From Candidatus Omnitrophota bacterium (GTDB lineage: Bacteria; Omnitrophota; Gorgyraeia; Aquiviventales; Aquiviventaceae): a DNA stretch of 64,000 nt. A program made the position numbers and the translations under genes. This document shows, in pieces, positions 9,042 through 18,310 of this stretch. The notes beneath the pieces were generated by a model. The model saw only the letters and a list, made by a program, of their open reading frames with translations, was not told where the DNA came from and searched no databases. Every line of letters begins with the position of its first letter. Position 1 is the stretch's first letter. The stretch is taken from contig JACPSQ010000086.1 in NCBI GenBank assembly GCA_016193195.1, positions 17,299-81,298 of the forward strand. Direction: 5' to 3'.

Positions 9042-10033
9042 TGCCGCAGCAGGTTGCAGTCGTGACTGGAGGGGCGGGGTTCATCGGCAGCCACATGGTG
9101 GACCTGCTGTTGGACCGCGGCTTCGACGTGCGAGCGATTGACAATCTTGCCTGCGGGCGTCGGGAAAACCTCGCGCACCAGAACGGCCACCCCCGCCCGG
9201 TGTTTGAGGCCCGGGATGTGCGGGACCTGCGTCCCGGCGACCCCTTGTTGGAGGGGGCCGACTATGTCTTCCATTTCGCGGGGATCGGAGACATCGTCCC
9301 GTCGATTGAGCGGCCGACCGAGTACCTGTCCTCCAATGTCATGGGCACGGTCTGCGCCCTCGAGGCGGCCCGGTGGGCGAAGGTGAAGAAGTTCATCTAT
9401 GCCGCCTCCTCCTCCTGCTACGGCCTGGCCACTGAGCTGCCGACCACGGAGCAGGCTCCCATCAGTCCTCAGTATCCCTACGCGCTGAGCAAGTACCTTG
9501 GCGAACAAGCCGTCATGCATTGGGGCAAGGTCTATCAGTTGCCGGTGATCTCCCTGCGCATCTTCAACGCCTATGGCCCGCGCTCGCGCACGACCGGCGC
9601 CTACGGCGCCGTCTTTGGAGTCTTCCTGGCGCAGAAGCTCGCCGGGAAGCCGTTCACGGTAGTAGGCGACGGAACGCAGCGTCGGGATTTCGTCTTTGTA
9701 ACCGATCTGGCAAAGGCGTTTCTACTCGCGGCTGAGTCCGATTGCACGCAAGACATCTTCAACGTCGGGGCTGGCCAGCCGCAGTCAGTGAATCGACTCG
9801 TGGAGCTGTTAGGCGGTGAAGTCGTCCATGTGCCCAAGCGCCCTGGAGAGCCGGATTGCACGTGGGCCGATACGACACGCATCCGGACAATGCTTGGATG
9901 GGTGCCGACGGTGTCGTTTGAAGCAGGCGTCAAGACCATGTTGGGCTCGATTGACGATTGGCGCGCCGCACCGGTGTGGGATGAGACGGCGATTGCAGAG
10001 GCAACGGCATCATGGTTCAAGTATCTGAAATAA
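9038..10033 (+). CDS. NAD-dependent nucleotide-sugar 4-epimerase-like (extended SDR)
   Basis: [23 protein letters not shown] and YALSKYLGE (YxxxK). The start overlaps the preceding stop (ATGA). Confidence 0.8.
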   Translation: MMPQQVAVVTGGAGFIGSHMVDLLLDRGFDVRAIDNLACGRRENLAHQNGHPRPVFEARDVRDLRPGDPLLEGADYVFHFAGIGDIVPSIERPTEYLSSNVMGTVCALEAARWAKVKKFIYAASSSCYGLATELPTTEQAPISPQYPYALSKYLGEQAVMHWGKVYQLPVISLRIFNAYGPRSRTTGAYGAVFGVFLAQKLAGKPFTVVGDGTQRRDFVFVTDLAKAFLLAAESDCTQDIFNVGAGQPQSVNRLVELLGGEVVHVPKRPGEPDCTWADTTRIRTMLGWVPTVSFEAGVKTMLGSIDDWRAAPVWDETAIAEATASWFKYLK

Positions 10034-11721
10034 CCGACGTCCGGTTGGAGAGTTCCCGCCCGGCTGTTGTCCTGGCGCTGCCGCTGAAGCGCGCGTTGGA
10101 GCGGTTGCTCCTGTGCAATCGGATCCGCGAGCTGGCGGACTACCGGATGACACCGGTGACGGTGAAGGATCTGCGCGGCATAGGAGGTCTCTTAGCATTC
10201 CTGGTTCGCGTGGTGGACCCATCCGGTATCCGGGCGCGTCGCTCCGGAGCGATTCAGCTTCTCATGGACGTCTGGATCATCATCACGCTCCGGCTGCTCC
10301 TGTTGTTCCGGAGGCATCGGATCGGGGAAGACCTGCGCTCGACCGTGGGTGTCCTCTGCCGAGCCGTGCTGTTCCGGCACCAGCGCTACGCGGCCCGTCC
10401 AACCACTGAGATGGTGCCGCACGTGCGGTGTTCCGAGAAGGAGGAGCTGTTGATCCGATCCTGCCTGTTGCTGCGCACCATGCAGCGGTACGGGCCATGC
10501 ATTGAATTCCTCATCCAGCGCCTCACCTCCGGGCTACCGGCTGCCGAGACGCGGCGATGGCTCGCCTTCTTCCTGCGTGAGATTGGGGATGACACCGCGG
10601 CTGACGCGTTGCTGACGATGGAGCCCGCGGCATCCGAAGCCACCGTCATCCACCACCTGGAAGTTCCAAAGCCTCCGGCGCAACATGCGCCGAGGCGACT
10701 CAAATACGGCCTGTACGTGATGACGGTGTTCGATTCGGACGTCTTCCGCAGCTCGCTGCTGAGCCTTATGAACAGTGATTACGACGGCCAGATCGTCGTG
10801 GCCGAAGACGGCTACCTTCCAAACAAGGTCTGCGAGGCATTTTGCCGGGAGGTCGGTGTTCCCTATATCAAGAACCCGGAGTGGACGTACACCCAGCCGT
10901 TGGCGAACCTGGCGATTCAGGCGTTTGATGAGGATACCGACATTCTGCTCCAGGCGCCGAACGACGTGCTCTGGCCCCCCCGCTGGTTTGGTCAACTTGA
11001 TGGGGCCTGGAAGCGGGTCTTTGACACTGGAAAGGTTGGTGGACTGACCATGAGTGCTGTGCAATTTGACGCCTCCGTGGAGCCTATGCTCAAAGAGGCG
11101 TTTGTGAGGGGGCGTTATGAAGGCCTGTTGTGGGTCTTAAAAATGCGGGCACAGGTTCACCCCTGGCTGGATTGGTATCGTGAAGCCCTGCCTCACGATG
11201 GGAGCCAGCTGTTTGGGTTGCCCAAGGATCTCTACACCGACGATGTGACCAGGCTCTTGTGGAAAGTTGCCTATGGAGGGGCGGTTTCGACCTTCTCCCG
11301 AACCCTCTGGACGGAAGTCAACAGGGTGCCATCACAGATGCGCGCCAATCTTGATCTGGAACTGGGCTACCAGTGTTGGACAAGCCGACGATGGTTCCTC
11401 GCCGTCAATAACACGCCTCTCATTCATATGATAGGACAGGATAGCCGTCGATTGACCGGCCGTGATAAGGTGCTTAAGGTGCGAGTGAAGGAAATGTTCA
11501 AGCAGGATGACGCGCTCTTCAGACAAAAGTACGGCGAGGACTGGTACCCACCCTATTGGTATTTTTCTGGCGAGAGCTGCATGATTTACCACGACGAGAT
11601 TCTGCGTGCGGTCAACGAGGGACGATTTGACGAGATCGACTTCGTGTTTGATGATTTCGAAGCCCGACGGAAGGGACGGTACTGGGCCTGTTCGCTCCCC
11701 TCGCTTTCACGCTCACAGTGA
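10012..11721 (+). CDS. Hypothetical protein (possible divergent GT-A-like domain)
   Basis: 569-aa ORF with no motif I can assign. The central YGLYVMTVFDSD...IVVAEDGY is faintly GT-A/DxD-like. The true start may be internal (ATG at 10147). Confidence 0.35.
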   Translation: MVQVSEITDVRLESSRPAVVLALPLKRALERLLLCNRIRELADYRMTPVTVKDLRGIGGLLAFLVRVVDPSGIRARRSGAIQLLMDVWIIITLRLLLLFRRHRIGEDLRSTVGVLCRAVLFRHQRYAARPTTEMVPHVRCSEKEELLIRSCLLLRTMQRYGPCIEFLIQRLTSGLPAAETRRWLAFFLREIGDDTAADALLTMEPAASEATVIHHLEVPKPPAQHAPRRLKYGLYVMTVFDSDVFRSSLLSLMNSDYDGQIVVAEDGYLPNKVCEAFCREVGVPYIKNPEWTYTQPLANLAIQAFDEDTDILLQAPNDVLWPPRWFGQLDGAWKRVFDTGKVGGLTMSAVQFDASVEPMLKEAFVRGRYEGLLWVLKMRAQVHPWLDWYREALPHDGSQLFGLPKDLYTDDVTRLLWKVAYGGAVSTFSRTLWTEVNRVPSQMRANLDLELGYQCWTSRRWFLAVNNTPLIHMIGQDSRRLTGRDKVLKVRVKEMFKQDDALFRQKYGEDWYPPYWYFSGESCMIYHDEILRAVNEGRFDEIDFVFDDFEARRKGRYWACSLPSLSRSQ

Positions 11722-11725
11722 ACCG

Positions 11726-13279
11726 ATGCCAGAGCTAACCACTGACGTGCGAACGAGCAGTCGTGAGCTCAAGTGTCTGGAGCTCGATCGATTGGCGGAG
11801 CATCTCGCACGCTTGCGAGGTGAGGGGAAGAAGATTGTCTTGTGTCACGGCGTATTCGACCTCCTCCACATCGGGCACGTTCGATATTTTCAACGCGCCA
11901 AGCAACTGGGTGACGTCCTGGTGGTGACGGTGACCCCCGATCGTTTTGTCAACAAAGGTCCCCAACGACCAGCCTTTTCTGAATCGCTGCGCATAGAAGC
12001 CCTTGCCGCACTGGAATGCGTCGACCATGTCGCCCTGAATCGGTGGCCGATGGCGGTGGAAACCATCCGCTTGCTGCAACCTCATGTCTATGTGAAGGGG
12101 CCGGATTACAAAGACCCTGACAACGATCACACAGGCGGGATTGTCCTTGAGGAGGCTGCTGTCAAATCCGTGAATGGACAGCTGGTGATTACCGATGACA
12201 TCACCTTCAGTGCTTCTCATCTGATCAATCGGCACCTGCCGTTGTTGTCCCAGGAAGCGACGCAGTTCCTTGAGCGTTTTTCATCCCGGTATACCTCAGC
12301 AGAGGTGCTTTGCTACCTGGAACAGGCACGTCCGCTGAAGGTCTTGGTTGTCGGAGAGGCCATCATCGACGAATATCAATACTGTGAATCTATTGGCAAA
12401 TCATCGAAGGAGCCAATGCTCGCCGTCAAGCGTCTTGCCATGGAACGGTTTGCCGGTGGGACCCTTGCGGTGGCCAACCACGTCGCGAACTTTTGCGATC
12501 AGCCGGGGCTCATCACCTTCCTTGGAGTGGATGATCCGAAGGAAACGTTCATTCGAGAGAAGCTGAATCCCAACGTCCAGCCGCGGTTTCTGTATCGGGC
12601 AGGCGCTCCCACGATTGTGAAACGCCGATTCATCGACCAGTATTTCTTTACGAAATTCCTGGAGGTGTATGAGATCAACGACGAGGCTTGGGACCCGCGT
12701 GATCATGACGTCTTGTGTGAGGAGTTGCGTACCCAAGTCCCGAACTACGATGTCGTGCTGGCCGTGGACTTTGGCCACGAGATGTTCAGTCGAGAGGCGA
12801 TTGATCTTGTCTGTGAGAAGGCAAAGTTCCTTGTCGTCAACACGCAGTGTAACGCTGGCAACCTCGGCTACCACTCCATCTCCAAGTATCCACGGGTGGA
12901 CTATGTCTGTCTGGCGGAGAGGGAGCTTCGGCTCGAGATGCGGGATCGTCGAGGGGATCTCAAGTCGTTGATTCAGCAGATTGCCCAGCGGCTTCGGTGT
13001 CCTGTGACGGCCACCCGCGGCGCCTATGGATGCCTCTCCTACAGTGAAAAGGATGGTTTTGTGGAGGTGCCGGCGTTCGCCAATCAGGTGGTGGACCGGA
13101 TGGGCGCCGGGGATACCTTTCTGTCGCTGGCGGCCCTGTGTGTCGCGGCGAAGGCGCCGCTTGAGATCGTCGGGTTCATCGGCAATGTCGCGGGAGCAGA
13201 AGCCGTCGCCACCGTGGGTCACCGCACGTCGATCGAGCGGGCGAGGTTCTTCAAGCACATTGAATCCTTACTCAAGTGA
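11726..13279 (+). CDS. Bifunctional heptose-1-P adenylyl(cytidylyl)transferase / PfkB sugar kinase with REVERSED HldE domain order
   Basis: N-terminal KKIVLCHGVFDLLHIGHVRYFQRAKQLGDVLVVTVTPD is the RfaE domain II (HxGH nucleotidyltransferase). The C-terminus carries the PfkB signature DRMGAGDTFLS. E. coli HldE has kinase first and transferase second. Confidence 0.75.
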   Translation: MPELTTDVRTSSRELKCLELDRLAEHLARLRGEGKKIVLCHGVFDLLHIGHVRYFQRAKQLGDVLVVTVTPDRFVNKGPQRPAFSESLRIEALAALECVDHVALNRWPMAVETIRLLQPHVYVKGPDYKDPDNDHTGGIVLEEAAVKSVNGQLVITDDITFSASHLINRHLPLLSQEATQFLERFSSRYTSAEVLCYLEQARPLKVLVVGEAIIDEYQYCESIGKSSKEPMLAVKRLAMERFAGGTLAVANHVANFCDQPGLITFLGVDDPKETFIREKLNPNVQPRFLYRAGAPTIVKRRFIDQYFFTKFLEVYEINDEAWDPRDHDVLCEELRTQVPNYDVVLAVDFGHEMFSREAIDLVCEKAKFLVVNTQCNAGNLGYHSISKYPRVDYVCLAERELRLEMRDRRGDLKSLIQQIAQRLRCPVTATRGAYGCLSYSEKDGFVEVPAFANQVVDRMGAGDTFLSLAALCVAAKAPLEIVGFIGNVAGAEAVATVGHRTSIERARFFKHIESLLK

Positions 13280-14265
13280 AGAGATACGGCATGACGCCGG
13301 AAGCCCAAAGGATGCGGTGGTTGTATTACAACCTGCTCAGGATTCGTATGGTGGAGGAGACTATTGCGCAACGTTATGCGCAGCAGGAGATGCGTTGCCC
13401 TATCCATCTGTGCATTGGTCAGGAAGCGATCGCGGTCGGAGTCTGCGCCCACCTGGCTCGCGAGGACTACGTGTTGAGCGGGCATCGTTCGCACGGGCAC
13501 TACCTGGCCAAGGGCGGCGATCTCAATGCCATGGTCGCAGAACTCTATGGCAAGGCAACGGGGTGCGCCGGAGGCCGCGGCGGTTCGATGCATTTGATAG
13601 ACCTCTCCGCTGGATTTTTGGGCGCAACCCCGATTGTGGCCGCCTCCATTCCGATCGCCGTGGGGGCGGCGTTAGGGTCGGTCATGCAAAAAGAGCCTCG
13701 AGTGACCGTGATCTTTTTCGGCGACGCAGCCCCGGAGGCCGGGGCGTGTCACGAGAGTCTGAATTTCGCGTTGCTCAAGCGCCTGCCAGTCGTCTTCGTG
13801 TGCGAAAATAACCTGTATTCCGTCTATTCGCCGATGTCGGTTCGTCAACCTGAAGGCAGACCGCTTGCCTCGCTCGCTGCTGGACATGGGATGGCCACGT
13901 ACCGGGGCGACGGCAATGATGTGTTCAGCGTCTCTGCCATCGCGCAGGAGGCCATCCGGCAGGTGAGGGATGGTGGGGGACCGATGTTTCTCGAGTTCAT
14001 GACCTACCGCTGGCGGGAGCACTGCGGCCCCTACTATGACAACGACCTCGGCTACCGAAGCGAGCAGGAATTTCAAGACTGGAAGCAGCGGTGCCCGGTT
14101 GCGCGGTGCCGAGAACGCCTCCTCCGTGAAGGCATCCTCACTAGCCAGGATCACGAAGAGATCGTTCGGACGTTGGAACGCGAGATTGACGCGGCGTTTC
14201 GTTTCGCCAAGGAAAGCCTTTTTCCTGAAGCTCAGGAACTCTTGGAGCACGTGTACGCGCCATGA
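13276..14265 (+). CDS. ThDP-dependent dehydrogenase E1 component, alpha subunit
   Basis: CPIHLCIGQEA...GHRSHGHYLAKG...GGRGGSMH are E1-alpha ThDP-binding motifs. Start is either GTG 13276 or ATG 13291. Confidence 0.8.
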   Translation: MKRYGMTPEAQRMRWLYYNLLRIRMVEETIAQRYAQQEMRCPIHLCIGQEAIAVGVCAHLAREDYVLSGHRSHGHYLAKGGDLNAMVAELYGKATGCAGGRGGSMHLIDLSAGFLGATPIVAASIPIAVGAALGSVMQKEPRVTVIFFGDAAPEAGACHESLNFALLKRLPVVFVCENNLYSVYSPMSVRQPEGRPLASLAAGHGMATYRGDGNDVFSVSAIAQEAIRQVRDGGGPMFLEFMTYRWREHCGPYYDNDLGYRSEQEFQDWKQRCPVARCRERLLREGILTSQDHEEIVRTLEREIDAAFRFAKESLFPEAQELLEHVYAP

Positions 14266-15323
14266 TGAGAGAACTGAAGTTCTACGAAGCGATTCGCGAG
14301 GCGCTCGACCTGTGTCTGGCCAAGGACCCGCGAGTCTACCTGATGGGGCTCGGCGTGCCGGATCCAAAGGGCATCTTTGGGAGCACCCTTGGGCTCCAGC
14401 AACGATACGGCTCATGGCGGGTGATGGATATGCCTACCTCAGAAAACGGGATGACGGGAATTGCCATCGGCTCAGCCCTCAACGGGATGAGGCCGGTGTT
14501 AAGCCACCAGCGTGTGGATTTCTCATTGTTGGCGATGGAGCAGATGGTCAACCAAGCCGCCAAGTGGCGGTACATGTTTGGCGGCAGGCACAGCGTCCCA
14601 GTGGTCATCCGCATGATCATCGGACGCGGATGGGGACAGGGACCACAACACTCCCAGAGCCTTCAGGCGTGGTTCGCCCACATTCCTGGTTTGAAGGTGG
14701 TCATGCCGACCACCCCCTATGACGTGAAAGGTCTCCTCATTTCGAGCATTGAAGATGATAACCCCGTCATCGTGTTGGAGCATCGGTGGCTCTACACCAT
14801 CGTGGGGGAGGTTCCTGAGGGGCTCTACCGTGTGCCGTTAGGGCAAGCCAAGGTGGTACGGGGGGGTCAGGATCTGACGATCGTCGCAACGTCCTACATG
14901 GTGCTCGAAGCGCTTCGGGCCGCGGAACTCTTGGCTGAGCAGGGGATTGCGGCAGAGGTCATCGACGTGCGAAGCCTCAGACCATTGGATGGTCGGGCTA
15001 TTCTCGAGTCGGTGTGCAAGACAGGGCACCTGATCGTTGCAGATGCGGCTTGGACAACCTGCGGGTTCGCGGCGGAGATCGTGGCCTTGGTCTGCGAGCA
15101 TGCGTTCGAGCATCTCAAGCGTCCTCCTCGTCGGGTGACGCTGCCGGACTGTCCTTGTCCGAGCAGCGCGGCATTAGCCAATGACTACTATCCACGGTCC
15201 GTTCATATCGTCGCGGAGGCAAACGCGTTATTAGGGGTGTCCGGCAAGCCGGGTCTGGCTTCGGAGGCGGTATCCTCGGTGCCGCTGGATGTGCCCGATT
15301 TGAACTTCACGGGACCGTTCTGA
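14262..15323 (+). CDS. ThDP-dependent dehydrogenase E1 component, beta subunit (transketolase-like)
   Basis: MGLGVPDPKGIFGSTLGLQQRYG...SENGMTGIAIGSAL is the pyrimidine-binding domain, followed by a C-terminal transketolase_C-like domain. The start is ATGA-coupled to the alpha subunit. Confidence 0.8.
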   Translation: MMRELKFYEAIREALDLCLAKDPRVYLMGLGVPDPKGIFGSTLGLQQRYGSWRVMDMPTSENGMTGIAIGSALNGMRPVLSHQRVDFSLLAMEQMVNQAAKWRYMFGGRHSVPVVIRMIIGRGWGQGPQHSQSLQAWFAHIPGLKVVMPTTPYDVKGLLISSIEDDNPVIVLEHRWLYTIVGEVPEGLYRVPLGQAKVVRGGQDLTIVATSYMVLEALRAAELLAEQGIAAEVIDVRSLRPLDGRAILESVCKTGHLIVADAAWTTCGFAAEIVALVCEHAFEHLKRPPRRVTLPDCPCPSSAALANDYYPRSVHIVAEANALLGVSGKPGLASEAVSSVPLDVPDLNFTGPF

Positions 15324-15324
15324 C

Positions 15325-16401
15325 ATGGCTGATACGCGACGGATCGTCGTCATTGGAAGCAATTCGTTCTCGGGCAGTGACTTCATCGACCTGCTGCTGG
15401 AGGACCCGCGCAACGAAGTGATTGGGATCAGCCGCTCGCCTGAGAAGAGCGCCACCTTCCTTCCCTACAAACGGCGGCAGGGGGCTGCCTTCACGTTCTC
15501 TCAAATAGATGTGAACCGCAACATGTCAGAGCTGGTTCGCCTCCTTGACGACCGGAAGCCCAGCGTTGTGGTCAATTTCGCGGCGCAGAGCGAGGTGGCG
15601 CCGAGTTGGGACTATCCAGAGCAGTGGTTCCAGACCAACGTGGCCTCCCTGGTGGCCCTGGCGAATTACTTGAAAGACCAGTCATGGTGTTGGCGCTATG
15701 TCCACATTTCTTCACCGGAAGTGTATGGGACCTGCGTCGGGCGCGTCCGAGAAGATGCGCCGTTGAATCCCAGTACGCCGTATGCCGCTTCAAAAGCGGC
15801 CGCAGACCTGTTCCTGTTCACTTTGGTCAAGCAGTTCCGGTTTCCTCTCATTATGATCCGCGCCACCAACGTCTACGGGGCTGGCCAGCAGCCATGGAAG
15901 ATCATTCCAAAATCGATGATTTCGCTCAAGCGAGGGCAGACCATCCCCCTGCATGGTGGCGGAGTGGCCGTGAAGTCCTATATCCATATCCGGGACGTGT
16001 CACGCGGCGAGCTGGCTGCGATGGAGATCGGGACTCCGGGCTCGATCTATCACTTGTCTCCGGACCGTGGGTATGCGGTGCGGGAGGTGGTGGAGCGAAT
16101 CTGCGTACTGCTGGGCCGCGACAGGACGGTTACGACTACTGTGGTTGGTGAGCGTCCCGGACAGGATGCCGCGTACGTGATTGATTCCACGCGGGCCCGA
16201 ACCATGCTTGGCTGGGAACCGAAGGTCTCGCTGGACGAAGGATTGGCGGATGTGAAGCAATGGGTCGAGCGGTATTGGGACGTCCTCAAGGACGTTCCGC
16301 TGGAATATCAGCATCAGTCTGAACGCTATGCATTGGTGCCGCTTGAGGAGCGGGAGACGTTGGCGGCATCTGGGTCAGGTGAGCGGGGCGGGCGGCGATG
16401 A
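15325..16401 (+). CDS. NDP-sugar 4,6-dehydratase-like extended SDR
   Basis: IVVIGSNSFSGSDF, HISSPEVYG and YAASKAAAD (YxxxK). It resembles CDP-/GDP-hexose 4,6-dehydratases. Confidence 0.7.
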   Translation: MADTRRIVVIGSNSFSGSDFIDLLLEDPRNEVIGISRSPEKSATFLPYKRRQGAAFTFSQIDVNRNMSELVRLLDDRKPSVVVNFAAQSEVAPSWDYPEQWFQTNVASLVALANYLKDQSWCWRYVHISSPEVYGTCVGRVREDAPLNPSTPYAASKAAADLFLFTLVKQFRFPLIMIRATNVYGAGQQPWKIIPKSMISLKRGQTIPLHGGGVAVKSYIHIRDVSRGELAAMEIGTPGSIYHLSPDRGYAVREVVERICVLLGRDRTVTTTVVGERPGQDAAYVIDSTRARTMLGWEPKVSLDEGLADVKQWVERYWDVLKDVPLEYQHQSERYALVPLEERETLAASGSGERGGRR

Positions 16402-17480
16402 CACAGCCAGTCATGGCGATGGAGGAGGCAGTCCGGCCGCGCATCGCGAAAGCGGCGATTTTGGTGGAACAGAATGCGCCACTCCTCATTGCGGACATCG
16501 AGATCCCGCCGGTGGACGTCGGACAGGTACTCGTGCGGGTCCAGTGCAGCGGGATCTGCGGCAGCCAGCTGAATGAAATCAGCGGCCGTCGAGGGCAGGA
16601 CCGCTTCCTCCCTCACTTGCTGGGCCATGAAGGCGCAGGCCGGGTCGTGGAGGTGGGTCCGGGAGTCCGGAAGATCAAGCCTGGCGACCAGGTGGTGCTG
16701 CATTGGATGGAAGGCTCCGGTATTGAGTCTGCCCCCCCGATATTCCGGCTCGACGGGACCGTGATCAACGCGGGACGGGTGACGACGTTCAGTGAGTACA
16801 CGGTGGTGTCGGAGAACCGCGTCACGCCAATTCCACACGACATCAACCCGGGCGTCGCCTGCCTGCTCGGATGCAGTGTGACCACCGGATTGGGCATTGT
16901 CATTCACGAAGCCAACGTGACACCAGGCCAGTCGCTGGTGGTCTTCGGGGTGGGTGGGATTGGATTGAACGTGGTACAGGGAGCCGACCTGGTGCATGCC
17001 GATCCGATTGTCGCGGTGGACGTAGATGATCGGAAGCTCGTGCAGGCGTGCGCGTTCGGCGCGACCCACACGGTCTCTGTGGCGCAGGCTGAGACAGGGC
17101 TGGAGGCACGGTTGAAGGATCTGACCGAAGGAGCAGGGTTTGATGTCGCAGTGGACACCACAGGGAAGCGGGAGGTGTTTCAGCTCGCCTACCGCGTGAC
17201 CGGTGACGCCGGCAAGACCGTCATGGCCGGTGTGCATGACGCGCAGCAGCCGATCACGATTGACGCCTATCCGCTTCATTTTGGCCGCCGAATTATCGGG
17301 TCGCACGGCGGGGCAACGCAACCGGATTCGGACATCCCTCGCTACCTCCAGCTCTACCGCCGGAAGCGACTGAAATTAGATGAGCAGATTACCCATCGGT
17401 ACAGCCTGGATAACGTCAATGAGGCATTGGAGGCCGTCCGTCGGGGTGAGGCGGTCCGGTGTGTGTTGAAGATGGCATGA
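16398..17480 (+). CDS. Zinc-dependent alcohol dehydrogenase (MDR family)
   Basis: CSGICGSQLNE...GHEGAGRVVEVGPGV is the zinc/ADH signature. GVGGIGLN is the Rossmann GxGxxG. Confidence 0.75.
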   Translation: MTQPVMAMEEAVRPRIAKAAILVEQNAPLLIADIEIPPVDVGQVLVRVQCSGICGSQLNEISGRRGQDRFLPHLLGHEGAGRVVEVGPGVRKIKPGDQVVLHWMEGSGIESAPPIFRLDGTVINAGRVTTFSEYTVVSENRVTPIPHDINPGVACLLGCSVTTGLGIVIHEANVTPGQSLVVFGVGGIGLNVVQGADLVHADPIVAVDVDDRKLVQACAFGATHTVSVAQAETGLEARLKDLTEGAGFDVAVDTTGKREVFQLAYRVTGDAGKTVMAGVHDAQQPITIDAYPLHFGRRIIGSHGGATQPDSDIPRYLQLYRRKRLKLDEQITHRYSLDNVNEALEAVRRGEAVRCVLKMA

Positions 17481-18310
17481 AGGATCTCGACCGTCACTTT
17501 GTTGGTCAGGTCGTGGCTGTGACAGGTGGTGCGCGGGGCATCGGGAGGCGGATTGCCCACGCGTTTGGACAGGAAGGGGCCGCGGTGGTCCTCTGCGACA
17601 TCGATCAGCGGACCGGCGAGGCGGCGAAGGCTGAACTCCGCGACCGGGGTGCGACGGCGGAGTTCCTCCCGACCGATTTAAGTCAGCGCGGTGTGCCTCA
17701 AACGATGGTTCGTCAGATCGTCCAACAATTCGGACGGCTGGATATCTTGATCAATAACGCCCGGTGGACCGTGAAAGCCGGCTTGTTTGAGGAGGATGAG
17801 GAGAGTTGGGAACGCGGGATGGCGGTTTCCCTGCGGGCTCCGTTCTTTGCCGCTCAAGAGGCGATCCGCATGATGGAGAAGACGGGCGGGGGGAGCATTG
17901 TGAATATCAGTTCGGTCTTGGCGTTTGTGACGACCCCATCGGCCTCGGTCTCCTATCATGTGGCCAAAGCCGGACTGGTGCAACTGACGCGGTATCTGGC
18001 GGCCTCTGCCGGAAGGGTGGGGGTTCGGGTCAACGCCATCCTGCCCGGATTCATCGTACAACAGGAGCATTGGGATCGGTATACACAAGACGAGAACCAT
18101 CGCTATCGAGACCTCGCTGAATTTTGCCACCCCCTGCGGCATGTCGGCGGCTCTGACGATGTGGCGCACGCCTGCCTGTTTCTGTGTTCGCCGGAGGCCT
18201 CATTTATCACCGGTCAGTGCCTCATTGTTGACGGAGGATTGACGACGCAGGAACCGTTTGACTTACTGTTCGCGTTCGACCAGCAACGGGGGGAGGCGCC
18301 CTCGTCATGA
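17477..18310 (+). CDS. Short-chain dehydrogenase/reductase (classical SDR)
   Basis: VAVTGGARGIGRRIA, NNA, and YHVAKAGLV (YxxxK). Confidence 0.8.
   Translation: MKDLDRHFVGQVVAVTGGARGIGRRIAHAFGQEGAAVVLCDIDQRTGEAAKAELRDRGATAEFLPTDLSQRGVPQTMVRQIVQQFGRLDILINNARWTVKAGLFEEDEESWERGMAVSLRAPFFAAQEAIRMMEKTGGGSIVNISSVLAFVTTPSASVSYHVAKAGLVQLTRYLAASAGRVGVRVNAILPGFIVQQEHWDRYTQDENHRYRDLAEFCHPLRHVGGSDDVAHACLFLCSPEASFITGQCLIVDGGLTTQEPFDLLFAFDQQRGEAPSS

Noticed and set aside
13276-15323. Interpreting the E1 alpha/beta pair as a pyruvate or acetoin dehydrogenase complex
   Set aside because: No lipoyl-E2 or E3 gene is adjacent, and the pair is ATGA-coupled into a sugar-modification array. A sugar two-carbon branch-forming role seems more likely, so I reported it as a finding rather than a PDH annotation.
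16326-17321. 331-aa minus-strand ORF
   Set aside because: Antisense to the zinc-ADH gene with clear GHEGAG/GxGxxG motifs. A shadow ORF.
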